A stretch of 64,000 nt of DNA from Clostridia bacterium (GTDB lineage: Bacteria; Bacillota; DAOUPZ01), in contig DAOUPZ010000010.1 of NCBI GenBank assembly GCA_030625885.1, positions 29,812 to 93,811 of the forward strand, given 5' to 3'. Below, one piece after another: positions 9,198 to 18,870 of this stretch; positions within the stretch are counted from its first letter, which is position 1, and the number at the start of each line of letters is the position of its first letter. Below the pieces are notes generated by a model. That model worked only from the letters and a program-made list of their open reading frames with translations. It had not been told where the DNA came from and made no database searches. Position numbers and translations under genes: made by a program.

Positions 9198-9300
9198 ATG
9201 TCAAGGGGGCAGGGTTATTGACAGTATCTCTAATCTAGGATAATCTAGATTAGAGATACTTTTTTATGCCAAGAAAAGCAAGAAGAAAGAGAGGCACAGG
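9198..9300 (+). repeat. Structured repeat, copy 2: TTGACA, 36-nt perfect hairpin, T6, conserved ATGCCAAGAAAAGCAAGAA.
   Basis: Hairpin is GTATCTCTAATCTAGGATAATCTAGATTAGAGATAC followed by TTTTTT. Outer stem bases differ from copy 1 but remain complementary. The inner CTAAT…GGATAA…CTAGATTAG core is conserved. Confidence 0.7.
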
Positions 9301-9304
9301 TAAT

Positions 9305-10033
9305 ATGGTAGTAATTATGATGTGTTTGATAATTATACTATTTGCCAGTGGTATTCAAGGGCTTACCAGTTTTGGATTTGCTATGATCGCAATACCCTTA
9401 TTAACGCTGTTTTTGCCTTTGAAAATTGTAACACCACTGCTTATTATCTATAGTTTGCTGGTTAATGTCATCATTATTTATAAGATAAAAGAATATATAC
9501 AAATTCAGAAAATGGTATATTTGATTATATCCGGGATAATAGGTACGCCTTTGGGGATTTATCTGTTATTAGTAATAGAGGAAGATATATTAAAAGCCGG
9601 TGTGGGAATTGTTATCTTGTTAGCTGCGGGGGCATTATATTATGGGTGTAAGGCAAATATTAAAAATCAAAAACTAGCGAACATCATAACAGGATTATTA
9701 AGTGGCATATTAAATGGTAGTTTAGCAATGAGTGGCCCGCCGGTCATTTTATTTTTGAAAAATGAAGATGTTGAAAAGCAAATTTTTCGAGCAAATCTTG
9801 CGTTCTACTTTGCTATTATTGACCTATTAACCATACCCATATTGATTTATGGAGGATTGATCACACAGGAGGTCTTAAGATATACGTTGTTTTTATTACC
9901 GGGACTTATTATAGGCGCATGGCTTGGAATGTATTTTAGTAATAAGGTGAACAATGAGATATTTAAAAGATTTACTTTATACCTAATAGCTGTTATGGGT
10001 GTTTTATCAATTGTGTCTTCAGTTATTAAATGA
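9305..10033 (+). CDS. TSUP (TauE/SafE) family membrane transporter. The start is probably at the internal Met MVVIMM rather than the MPRKAR of the ORF track.
   Basis: Polytopic membrane protein with duplicated 4-TM halves and GIIGTPLG / SGILNGSLAMSGPP glycine-rich motifs. The first 13 codons of the tracked ORF lie inside the repeat element. Confidence 0.6.
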   Translation: MVVIMMCLIIILFASGIQGLTSFGFAMIAIPLLTLFLPLKIVTPLLIIYSLLVNVIIIYKIKEYIQIQKMVYLIISGIIGTPLGIYLLLVIEEDILKAGVGIVILLAAGALYYGCKANIKNQKLANIITGLLSGILNGSLAMSGPPVILFLKNEDVEKQIFRANLAFYFAIIDLLTIPILIYGGLITQEVLRYTLFLLPGLIIGAWLGMYFSNKVNNEIFKRFTLYLIAVMGVLSIVSSVIK

Positions 10034-10293
10034 TTTTTATTCCCTCCCAAAATGCTTCTGCAAATTTCGGCATATTTTCCTAAAAGAATCTACAATAGAA
10101 AACATCACTATTGAGCTATAATGATGATGAAGTATTGCCAAGTCTTAATTGGGATTTTCCCGACACATGGATTTTTAACGGAGAAGATGCAATAAGACCG
10201 ACTCTTAAAAATGTAGGGGATGATAACGGGCAATAATTAATCCTAAACTCATTTCCTTGTGTCAAGATGAGGGGTTAAAGTTAAAAATTACTA

Positions 10294-10322
10294 TTGACAA
10301 ATGCATGATGAACAGGTATCAT
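10294..10322 (+). promoter_or_regulatory. Sigma-A-type promoter upstream of the SAM riboswitch.
   Basis: TTGACA at 10294-10299, 17-nt spacer, TATCAT at 10317-10322. Confidence 0.5.
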
Positions 10323-10361
10323 ATTTAGAAATAACAATTAAATATTAATCATGATCAATTG

Positions 10362-10482
10362 ATCTCTTATCGAGAGATGGCGGAGGGACTGGCCCAATGA
10401 AGCCCGGCAACCGATCTTTGCACATTTGTAGAGACACGGTGCCAATTCCAGCAGAATACATTTATTCTGACAGATAAGGGGA
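10362..10482 (+). ncRNA. SAM-I (S-box) riboswitch.
   Basis: CTCTTATCGAGAGATGGCGGAGGGACTGGCCCAATGAAGCCCGGCAACC…GGTGCCAATTCCAGCAGA…GATAAGGGGAGG matches the S-box consensus, including the P1 halves CTCTTATC/GATAAG. Confidence 0.85.
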
Positions 10483-10502
10483 GGCGTGTTTTTTGTGTAC
10501 TT

Positions 10503-10537
10503 TAAAACCTCTTCTTATTGGAGAGGTTTTTTGTTTT
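10503..10537 (+). terminator. Riboswitch expression-platform terminator.
   Basis: AACCTCTCTTATTGGAGAGGTT followed by a T-run. Its 5' arm CCTCTCTTAT can alternatively pair with the P1 3' strand GATAAGGGGAGG as an antiterminator. Confidence 0.7.
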
Positions 10538-10627
10538 GTGTAAGAAGTGATAAATTTGATTGAGAAAAAGAAAACGACTTAATGAGAATGACGTATGTTG
10601 TAATTGTGAAATTATTTTGAGAAGGGA

Positions 10628-12004
10628 ATGAGTGATATGAGGCGTTTAAGACAGTGTGGTAAAGAACATCCGTATATTTCTGTAGGAATATTTAAGCTTA
10701 GGATCCCATTTGTGCATTATGGATGGGAATGGCCTGAAGCTTTGCAAGGTATGATATTAGTTGCCGTGGCATTAGGTGCAATACCTATATTACAGGAAAC
10801 GTTAGGCGTTTCTTTTGATTTGGCGCTAACCATAGTTGCTTTGAATGGGATTTTATATGTTCTACATCCTACCTTTGGCGATCCGGTATTTCCGGGTTGG
10901 ATTACGCCTGCTATTCCTCTTGTATTAGGTTATACGGCTGGATTTTCCCAAGGCATTGATCGAATTCATGCTATTATTGCTTTGCAGTTATCTATGGCCA
11001 TCGTTTTTACTTTTATGGGGGTAACAGGTTTAGCTAAAAAAATGGTATCTATTGTACCGGTTTCCATGAGGGCGGGTATTATACTGGGAGCCGGTATTGC
11101 GGCCGTAGTAAGCGTTATTAAACCAGATGGCCGTATGGCCGGTCAAGAAACAACGATCTTAATCGGGAGTGTGATCTGTTATATTATTTTGTTTTCCTAT
11201 CGTTTCAGTTGTGTGAAAGAAAAAGTGGGGTTTTTGAAATATTTATCTAAATACGGTATGCTCCCTGGCATGATTATCGCCGCAATTATTGGCCCAATAG
11301 TGGGGGAGATTACATTTCCGCAAATAGAGATGGGGATGATCAGTTTTAGATTGGGTGAAGTGATTAAAGGGTATTCCGTTTTTGGTATTCCTGGTTTCCC
11401 GCCGCTTACGTATTTTCTCAAGGCGATTCCCCTGGCCATTACGGCTTATATTATAGCTTTTGGCGATTTTGTTGTCGCTGAGGTGGTAGCCAAGGATTCT
11501 AATAAGGTTCGTGGTGATGAACAGATTGATTTTAATGCCAATCGCTCCAATATTATTGCAGGTATAAGAAATTTAATCATGGGATTATTTGCACCATTTG
11601 CACCGTTATGCGGCCCGTTATGGGCCGGTGGTACCCTATCGATATATGAACGTTATAAAAGTGGTAGAAGGGATATGGATACCATATTTGGAGGAGCGGG
11701 TTCATATGTTATTACCATGGCGATTGCCGCATTTTTCTTACCCATTATTTCATTAGTAAAACCTGTGCTTCCTGCTGCTTTATCATTAACATTAATTGTT
11801 CAAGGGTTTGCATGTATCTATATCTCAATGGACATGATTAATACAAAGGAAGAACGTGGCACAGCAGGGATCATGGCTATTTTCTTAGCTTTTAGGGGTG
11901 CCTCATGGGGATTAGCAGCGGGTATTGTGCTTTGTTTGATTATTGGTTATAAGAAAGAGGTCATTGAATTGACTCCAAAATCTAAGGCGAAACGGTTAGC
12001 ATAA
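10628..12004 (+). CDS. Polytopic membrane transporter of unrecognised family, SAM-riboswitch regulated (alternative start ATG 10637).
   Basis: 458-aa hydrophobic protein with many predicted TM segments, directly downstream of the S-box leader. Confidence 0.6.
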   Translation: MSDMRRLRQCGKEHPYISVGIFKLRIPFVHYGWEWPEALQGMILVAVALGAIPILQETLGVSFDLALTIVALNGILYVLHPTFGDPVFPGWITPAIPLVLGYTAGFSQGIDRIHAIIALQLSMAIVFTFMGVTGLAKKMVSIVPVSMRAGIILGAGIAAVVSVIKPDGRMAGQETTILIGSVICYIILFSYRFSCVKEKVGFLKYLSKYGMLPGMIIAAIIGPIVGEITFPQIEMGMISFRLGEVIKGYSVFGIPGFPPLTYFLKAIPLAITAYIIAFGDFVVAEVVAKDSNKVRGDEQIDFNANRSNIIAGIRNLIMGLFAPFAPLCGPLWAGGTLSIYERYKSGRRDMDTIFGGAGSYVITMAIAAFFLPIISLVKPVLPAALSLTLIVQGFACIYISMDMINTKEERGTAGIMAIFLAFRGASWGLAAGIVLCLIIGYKKEVIELTPKSKAKRLA

Positions 12005-12036
12005 AAAAGATGCCCCTTTTGAGGGCATCTTTTTTT
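12004..12036. terminator. Bidirectional terminator between convergent genes.
   Basis: AAAAAAGATGCCCTTTTGAGGGCATCTTTTTTT: a GC-rich hairpin flanked by A-run and T-run. Confidence 0.7.
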
Positions 12037-14101
12037 ATTCTGCAAAAAACTCTTTGACAAATTCGGGCATATCTTCTTCAAAAAATCCGCCATAGAAAGT
12101 ATCGCCGTTGTTAAGGTAAAAGCCAATGGTATAAGGGGTGTTACCCTTATACTTATAACGACGCAAGCAGACTTCCAGTTGTTCGGGATCTTTGATTTCT
12201 AACCGTTTGATATTAGAATCTTTTGGTGCTTCTGTTTCCTGATAAGCTATTTGTTTTTTTTCATATGTTATTTCATTGTTATCAAGATTTCTTTCCACAA
12301 TCGCATATTTAATATCTTGAGCTGGGATAATCCGAGCATTATCAAATTCATTAATTTCTTTCAGCCACTGTTCAAAGTTGATGAATGATTTATTCCAGTT
12401 AAGATGAATGCGTTCTTCATTATTCATTAATATATTGATATCTGCCCATGCTGGTTTATTATCTGTCATTGATTCATAGGTTTGGTCTTTTACATCGTTT
12501 TGCAGCGCGTTGATTGCTTGTTTAATCAGGGTTGGGTCAGTAATTTTCACGCTTTTATTGATTTCATGGGCGTTAACTTCAATCTTATCAACAGGTTCAG
12601 GGGTAATATTTAATATGTCATAATGCAATTTTTTGTATTCTAATGATTCGTATAGGGGCTTGAGGTACGCCATATATTTATTGGTATCTATTTCATAATG
12701 GCGATAAAGCATCCGACCATTTTTTAATTTATAGGCTAGGCAAATATTTCGATTATGTGAGTTATAGTTTGATTGAATCTGATTTTTTTCCTCCTCTATA
12801 TTATTAATAATTTGCTTATGCAGTCGATAAATATTGACGATATTATAGGGATCTGAATAAATCATTTTAATATTATTTCTAGTGTATAATTTGGTTTGCA
12901 ATTCATGTGTATCAGAAGCGTAAGGGATATCCGGATTGGTTAAATTATAAAAAGAATGATTAAAATAGACGCTTTCTACATTCTTTAATTCGGGTATCGT
13001 TTTTTCATAACCGGTTAAGTCAAAGTTTATACCGGTTATGAGTACCGTCGTAATGACAGCATAGATCACATACCCTTTAAGATTTCTTACTTTAAAAATA
13101 GACAGTGATTTGTTAATGATAATTTCGATAATTACGTAACCCAATAGTGATCCGAGAAAGTAGCCAAAGATCGTCCAGCCCAGACCATCTTGTACTTCAT
13201 TAAAATAACTGCCAACTAGCAGCATACTACAAAAAGTGACACCGTATTTGAAAATCGGGCGCAGTGTACTGAAAGAAATTGAACAGGTAGCGGTTTCCAG
13301 CTGGCGTCGGTTGTACAAGATTCTGGCAATAAAATACAGGGTAATACTTATGCCGACGTAAGTTAATATGTCAATTGTCGTAAAGGGATTATGATATAAT
13401 TCGGGAATCCGCATGAGCGGGGAAATAATAATATTTTCCAGATAATAATCATACGCAAACCCATAAACGAACACTCTGATATTATGTAACAGTAAAAAAG
13501 ACAAACCGGTGGGTAAAAATAGTAATATATACGTTAAAACGCCCTGCACAGAAGTCATTCCGGTCATCATACCCACGGTTACAGTGCTGATAAAAAGAAT
13601 TAGGTTGAAGATCAGGTTGATACCGATCCAGGTAATGATATCTTGATTAGTAAAATAATGGATACCCAGCGCTGTTTTTATGATCCATGAGGTCAATCCA
13701 GTCACAATGATGGGAAGGTATAATAAGATGATGCCCGCTATTAAATGAGTATTATACAGCGTTTCCCGTTTGATAGGCAGGGTATGAATCATATTGGCGG
13801 ATCGATTGACCTGTAAATAACGGAAGAGCAGAATAGCGACTATTACCGGGATTGTGAGAATGAGAATAATCTGCATTCCGGAATCAAACTGAAAAATATC
13901 CCTAAATTGGTTTTGAAGCAGGTCGTATTGCGGCACGTATTCACCACCGAATTTTTTTTGTTCGCTGTAAAGCATCAGTATTTGCAGCGGGGTACTGAAA
14001 AGCAATCCTAAAAGATAGACGACGCCAATCCAGCTGAAGCCTTTAAAATCATTGAGCAGTATCCCAGGATTAATAAATGATATTTTTGATTTCATAGCCA
14101 T
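12035..14101 (-). CDS. ABC-transporter-associated membrane protein (N-terminal polytopic permease-like region plus a large C-terminal extracytoplasmic domain).
   Basis: 688 aa with multiple TM helices in the first ~340 aa. It overlaps the upstream ABC ATPase gene, in a YtrA-like operon context. Confidence 0.55.
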   Translation of the reverse strand: MAMKSKISFINPGILLNDFKGFSWIGVVYLLGLLFSTPLQILMLYSEQKKFGGEYVPQYDLLQNQFRDIFQFDSGMQIILILTIPVIVAILLFRYLQVNRSANMIHTLPIKRETLYNTHLIAGIILLYLPIIVTGLTSWIIKTALGIHYFTNQDIITWIGINLIFNLILFISTVTVGMMTGMTSVQGVLTYILLFLPTGLSFLLLHNIRVFVYGFAYDYYLENIIISPLMRIPELYHNPFTTIDILTYVGISITLYFIARILYNRRQLETATCSISFSTLRPIFKYGVTFCSMLLVGSYFNEVQDGLGWTIFGYFLGSLLGYVIIEIIINKSLSIFKVRNLKGYVIYAVITTVLITGINFDLTGYEKTIPELKNVESVYFNHSFYNLTNPDIPYASDTHELQTKLYTRNNIKMIYSDPYNIVNIYRLHKQIINNIEEEKNQIQSNYNSHNRNICLAYKLKNGRMLYRHYEIDTNKYMAYLKPLYESLEYKKLHYDILNITPEPVDKIEVNAHEINKSVKITDPTLIKQAINALQNDVKDQTYESMTDNKPAWADINILMNNEERIHLNWNKSFINFEQWLKEINEFDNARIIPAQDIKYAIVERNLDNNEITYEKKQIAYQETEAPKDSNIKRLEIKDPEQLEVCLRRYKYKGNTPYTIGFYLNNGDTFYGGFFEEDMPEFVKEFFAE

Positions 14102-14969
14102 GATCCCCCATTTCGTAAATAAATATTTCTTCTAGTGTCAGAGGCAGGACATCGAGAATAGCGGGTTGATATTGTTTAAACTGTTCAAGTATCTCTTCAC
14201 GATCACCCCGAACGATTAATATGAACACACTGCCTCTTTTTTCCTGGTAAAGGGGTTTCATATCAGTTATCAGAGACGGTGGGATTTCTTTTGAAAAGGC
14301 AATCTGAATTTTATGGACATCGGCTTTTAAGTCATCCAGTTCTTTTTCGATAATCAATGTACCTTGATGCATAATACCAATGTAATCACAAATGTCTTCC
14401 AATTCTCGTAAATGATGGGAAGAAATGATGACGGTCATTTGGCGGTTGGCAACATCCTGAATAATAAGATTCTTAACTTCCTGACGCATAACGGGATCTA
14501 AGCCGTCCAAAGGCTCATCTAAAATCATGACCTCCGGCATAATTGCAAAACTCAGCCAGAAAGCGACCTGGCGCTGCATGCCCTTAGATAGGGTTTTAAT
14601 ACGCTGATTGATATCCATATTAAAGACAGCCTGAAGCTTCAGAAATCGTTCGTTATTCCAGGTGGGATATACCCTTTGATAAAAACGTGCCATGTCTTTA
14701 ATGGTATAGTTCATAAAAAAGTAAAGCAAATCTGGAATAAAGACGATTTTTGATTTCACAGCATTGTTCTCGAAGACAGGGGCAGAATCAATCTGTATTT
14801 TGCCTGTTTTCTGGCGGTAGATGCCGGCTAAAAGTTTGAGCAGTGTTGTTTTACCAGCACCGTTAGAGCCCACTAAACCATAAATTGATCCTTTGTGAAC
14901 GGTTAAATTAATATCTTTTAGTGCTTCAAAATCGTCAAAATATTTACTGGTATTTTTAACTTCAATCAT
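14070..14969 (-). CDS. ABC transporter ATP-binding protein.
   Basis: Walker A GSNGAGKTTLLK, signature LSKGMQRQVA, Walker B ILDEPLDGLD. Confidence 0.85.
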   Translation of the reverse strand: MIEVKNTSKYFDDFEALKDINLTVHKGSIYGLVGSNGAGKTTLLKLLAGIYRQKTGKIQIDSAPVFENNAVKSKIVFIPDLLYFFMNYTIKDMARFYQRVYPTWNNERFLKLQAVFNMDINQRIKTLSKGMQRQVAFWLSFAIMPEVMILDEPLDGLDPVMRQEVKNLIIQDVANRQMTVIISSHHLRELEDICDYIGIMHQGTLIIEKELDDLKADVHKIQIAFSKEIPPSLITDMKPLYQEKRGSVFILIVRGDREEILEQFKQYQPAILDVLPLTLEEIFIYEMGDHGYEIKNIIY

Positions 14970-15354
14970 TTTCCCGGCCTCCTTTGTCAGTTAATGGTAT
15001 GTTCTTAATGAGATGAATGATTTCTTCTTGATTCATTCCCAAATAAAGCATTTCTGAAATGATTTTTAATAATTCTGTCCTTAAGTCGTCAAGTTTCTCG
15101 GTATTTATACTTTGAGTTGAGGGCATCACAAAATTCCCCTTTCCCGGAATGGAATAAATGTACTTTTGATGTTCCAGTTCTCGATAAGCTTTTTGAATGG
15201 TATTGGGGTTAACGGTTAATTCTTGAGCCAGCATACGAACAGATGGTAACTTTTCATCAGGCTTTAAAATATTTTTAATGATTAATTCTTTAAATTTAGT
15301 GACCAGTTGTTCATAAATGGGGAGACGACTCCGAAAATCAAGTTCAAACATCAA
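14962..15354 (-). CDS. GntR-family (YtrA-like) transcriptional regulator.
   Basis: KLPSVRMLAQELTVNPNTIQKAYRELE winged-HTH typical of GntR. Small (130 aa) YtrA-subfamily size, first gene of the ABC operon. Confidence 0.8.
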   Translation of the reverse strand: MMFELDFRSRLPIYEQLVTKFKELIIKNILKPDEKLPSVRMLAQELTVNPNTIQKAYRELEHQKYIYSIPGKGNFVMPSTQSINTEKLDDLRTELLKIISEMLYLGMNQEEIIHLIKNIPLTDKGGREND

Positions 15355-15576
15355 ACCCCTCCTTTCGTGTATAGTGTACTATCACTAGTAATACAGTTAA
15401 TACAGATGTATTATAACAAGTAAATACCCCCTTTGTAAATATTTAATTATAATTTTGTTTTGTCATTACGTTAAATGTACCTACTTAAAAACGCCATATG
15501 TGGTATAATTAACCATAAATGGCGTTTTGCGTAAAATATTAAGGCGCGTTATTATTTAGCAAAGGGAGGATAAAAT

Positions 15577-16467
15577 GTGAAAAAAATGTGGGTTGTTTTA
15601 TTTATCATAATGCTTCTATGCAGCGGTTGTTCCGGTATATCAATAACTACTTGTAGTGGAGAACCGCAAAATGATGGCAGTGATAATAAACAGGAAGAAA
15701 TAACATCTGAGCCTGAATCTAGCGATCATAATACGGTTCCCGGCAGTGTATGTCCCATAATTTCTGGTGCAGGTTGTGTAGTAGGGGGCGTAAAAGATGG
15801 GGAATGGCTTGAAGTGGGTGATGAGCTTCAGGAATTAATAAAAGGCGAGAAAAAATATAACATTTATTCATTAACAGGAAAGGTTGGGGAAGTGACGGGA
15901 AGTCCGGCTGTTTGGGTACAGGAGGCTGTGGAATGGTTGCGAGTAGAGTTTGCGCCGGAGTATAACCTGACAGCAGAAAATGTTGCTATGGCTGCAAGTA
16001 GGACGGCTATGCCGCGCGTACCCGTCATGCAAAAAGATAATATTGAGGGATATGAACAGGAGGTAAAGCGAATTTTAGAGAAAAATGGAATTACGGATAC
16101 TGTAATAAAGGTCAATCGGGTTATTCGTATTGATTTGGAAGGTGATGGTACGGAAGAAGTGATTGTAAATGCGTCTTCCTTAGAGGGTGAAACGCCTATT
16201 AAGGCCCAAAAAGGGGCATATTCCATGATTTTTTTGCGCAAATTAATTGATGGAAAAGTAAAGACGATGATGCTCAGGGAAGAATACTATACTGATTATT
16301 TAGAAGCACCAGTTATTAATAAAGTGGCTTCTGTTTTGGATGCAAATGGTGATGGGGTTATGGAAATCATGATCTGGGAAGCTTATTATGAGGGTGAGGC
16401 CATGTATGTTTATGAGATAAAAGACGATATGGCAAAAATTGTTTTAGGGTTTGCCATAGGGACTTAG
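15577..16467 (+). CDS. Putative lipoprotein (GTG start).
   Basis: Signal peptide with lipobox LLCSGCSG. No catalytic motif recognised. Confidence 0.5.
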   Translation: MKKMWVVLFIIMLLCSGCSGISITTCSGEPQNDGSDNKQEEITSEPESSDHNTVPGSVCPIISGAGCVVGGVKDGEWLEVGDELQELIKGEKKYNIYSLTGKVGEVTGSPAVWVQEAVEWLRVEFAPEYNLTAENVAMAASRTAMPRVPVMQKDNIEGYEQEVKRILEKNGITDTVIKVNRVIRIDLEGDGTEEVIVNASSLEGETPIKAQKGAYSMIFLRKLIDGKVKTMMLREEYYTDYLEAPVINKVASVLDANGDGVMEIMIWEAYYEGEAMYVYEIKDDMAKIVLGFAIGT

Positions 16468-16529
16468 GATTGTCATGAAGGGCTTTAATGGTTACCCCGC
16501 TAAGTAGATTCTACTTAGCGGGGCGATTG

Positions 16530-17672
16530 TTATTTTCCCATAAATCGTATTTCTCGCGGGCCTTTTATTAGTAAGTGATAATCTGGTATTTGAGGTAATG
16601 ATGAAAGTGGCATATATAAGGTGTTTTCTTTTATGATGCCGTCTTTTTTAGCTGAAATAATTGTTTGTTGTTCTGACCATTTGATCTGGGCAGAAAACAT
16701 TTCGGAATTCCAGGTTACAGTGCCGCCTAATTTGGTAAATAAATCGCGAACCGGTAAATAATAAGTGTTGTTTACCCGAAAAGGGCTGTGCTTAAACTCA
16801 ATTAAATCATCATTTAGATAGATTTGAGGCGCAATTTTGGCAACCGGTGTTTGTTCTAAGGCCATTGCTTTAACAACTTTTAAAACAAATTCCTGACAAT
16901 AGCCGCCTGCTTTTGGGTCCCATCCCTGGTTAAGGAGTTCACTGTTGGAAATGATACGAATACCTAAAAACGGAATACCATATGCTTCTGCTACCTGGGC
17001 CACAGAGGCAGTTTCCATTTCTTCAGCGGAAGTATTAAAGGTTTCATGAATCCAGTTAATGTGATCTATTTCTCGATTCCACTTGTTATCCGTTCCAATC
17101 GTTCCTAGAACAATGTTTCCGTGGGTATAAAGGTTTGCAATACTTTGAGCGGTTTTAATTAATTGCGGTGAACCCTCAAAACGATTAAAATCTTTTCTTT
17201 CTCCATTTATTAGTACCTGAGCAGCCATAGGCATCCAGCTTGTTGGTTCAATTCCCTCGCCTTTATCCTGATGGTTGCTTTTTAACATGCCTGTACTGAT
17301 TGATTTTCCCCCTAATATGATGTCAAATTGATTTAAATTGGGATCATGGCCGCCTGAAGTACCTTGATTGATAATATAAAGCGGGTTGAATTTTTCAATA
17401 CCTAAAACGGTAGCTGCAGCAGCATTGGTCATCCCTATTTCTGTTCTGGATACAACGACAGGCTGGCTCTCTATCGTTCCTTGCCAGAAAGTCCATCCGG
17501 CATAGGTTACTTCTTGGGGATTTTCCAGGGCATTAACCAGAGTTTGGATTTCCAAGTCCATGGCTCCCTGAATTAAAATGGGTTGAGTGCTTGACTGAGA
17601 AGCTAGAGCGCTGGAAAGGCAAGCTAAAAGCAATAGAAAGATCAAACCTGTAATAAATAATTTTCTTTTCAT
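16530..17672 (-). CDS. Secreted MTA/SAH-nucleosidase-like (PNP_UDP_1) domain fused to a C-terminal copper-amine-oxidase N-terminal-like domain.
   Basis: Signal peptide. ILIQGAMDLEI (GAMxxE), NQGTSGG, MESAAVAQVA and RIISN motifs parallel those of Pfs. C-terminal YYLPVRDLFTKLGGTVTWN is CuAO_N-like. Confidence 0.6.
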   Translation of the reverse strand: MKRKLFITGLIFLLLLACLSSALASQSSTQPILIQGAMDLEIQTLVNALENPQEVTYAGWTFWQGTIESQPVVVSRTEIGMTNAAAATVLGIEKFNPLYIINQGTSGGHDPNLNQFDIILGGKSISTGMLKSNHQDKGEGIEPTSWMPMAAQVLINGERKDFNRFEGSPQLIKTAQSIANLYTHGNIVLGTIGTDNKWNREIDHINWIHETFNTSAEEMETASVAQVAEAYGIPFLGIRIISNSELLNQGWDPKAGGYCQEFVLKVVKAMALEQTPVAKIAPQIYLNDDLIEFKHSPFRVNNTYYLPVRDLFTKLGGTVTWNSEMFSAQIKWSEQQTIISAKKDGIIKENTLYMPLSSLPQIPDYHLLIKGPREIRFMGK

Positions 17673-17821
17673 GAAGCACCTCCATGTATATGTTGATAAA
17701 AATAAAATTCAATATAAATTAGGGTTTCCCTTTTTATTTGTTTAAAAGAATGTAAAATGTATAATACCTAATGAGAGATTGTGTATAATAAATAGTGATG
17801 ATTAAATGAAGGGGGATATAA

Positions 17822-18241
17822 ATGAAATTTAAACAATTTGGTAATCGGTACGTCGTACGAATTGATAAAGGAGAAGAAATTGTTCAATCGTTAAAATGTT
17901 TTTGTGAAGATCAGAAAATAAAATTGGGCTGGGTTTCGGCAATAGGAGCAGCTAATCGAGTGACCATTGGGTGTTTTGAGACCGGCACGAAAAAGTATCA
18001 TCAGAATGAATTAACTGGAGATTATGAAATCACCAGTTTAACGGGGAATATATCCCAGAAAGAGGGTGAAGTTTATTTACATCTGCATATTAATTTAGCA
18101 GATATGAATTCTCAAGCTTTTGGAGGACACTTAAATTCAGCCTGGATCAGTGGTACTTGTGAAATGATTGTTGATGTCATCGAAGGTGTGGTTGAAAGAG
18201 CGTTTAATGAAGAAGTAGGATTAAACCTTTATAAAATATGA
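17822..18241 (+). CDS. PPC/DUF296-domain protein.
   Basis: GEEIVQSLKCFCEDQKIKLGWVSAIGA…YEITSLTGNIS…VYLHLHINLAD…FGGHL matches the DUF296 pattern. Confidence 0.5.
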   Translation: MKFKQFGNRYVVRIDKGEEIVQSLKCFCEDQKIKLGWVSAIGAANRVTIGCFETGTKKYHQNELTGDYEITSLTGNISQKEGEVYLHLHINLADMNSQAFGGHLNSAWISGTCEMIVDVIEGVVERAFNEEVGLNLYKI

Positions 18242-18447
18242 TGTTGTTGTGGCTCTCATTTGCTAATTATTTTCGGATGAGAGTTTTCTTTATGTTAGAA
18301 TGATTTTCCAATAAAAATACGTTGATAAAATGCGTGCATTTAGTGTAAAATTAAAATGTAATGATTATAAATTGTCAATCATCACAACTAAATAATTGTT
18401 TTAATATGTGTTGCCCTTTCGAATAACAATAGAAAGAAGGGAGATCA

Positions 18448-18870
18448 ATGGAACTTAGCAACTTAAATATTGAAAAATATTTGAAACAAAATGGTATTAA
18501 ACCGTCCTATCAAAGAATAAAAATTTTTGAGTATTTGGTAAAGCATCGCAATCATCCCACGGTAGATATAATTTACCAGGAATTAGTCAAAAATATACCC
18601 ACGCTTTCTAAAACCACTGTTTATAATACTTTAAAGTTGTTTTTAGAGAAAAGAATCATACAGTTAATTGTTATTGAAGAAAATGAAACGAGGTATGATG
18701 CGGATATTACAACACATGCGCACTTTAAATGTGAAAAGTGTGGTCGTGTTTATGATATTCGAGTGGATCTGACGGAAATGAAAATTGAAGGATTAAAGAC
18801 GTTTCAAGTTAAAGAGAATCATATTTATTTTAAGGGTATTTGTGAAAAGTGTCTGAAAGAGAATAAGTAA
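18448..18870 (+). CDS. Fur-family metalloregulator (PerR/Zur-like).
   Basis: HPTVDIIYQEL…TVYNTLKLF DNA-binding helix. HAHFKCEKCG…CEKC metal site. Confidence 0.8.
   Translation: MELSNLNIEKYLKQNGIKPSYQRIKIFEYLVKHRNHPTVDIIYQELVKNIPTLSKTTVYNTLKLFLEKRIIQLIVIEENETRYDADITTHAHFKCEKCGRVYDIRVDLTEMKIEGLKTFQVKENHIYFKGICEKCLKENK

Noticed and set aside
9266-9304. ORF-track start MPRKARRKRGTGN for the TauE/SafE transporter
   Set aside because: These codons lie inside the conserved repeat element (the same ATGCCRAGAAAAGCAAGAA string occurs at 6163, where it is followed shortly by a stop codon). The transporter more likely starts at the internal MVVIMM Met.
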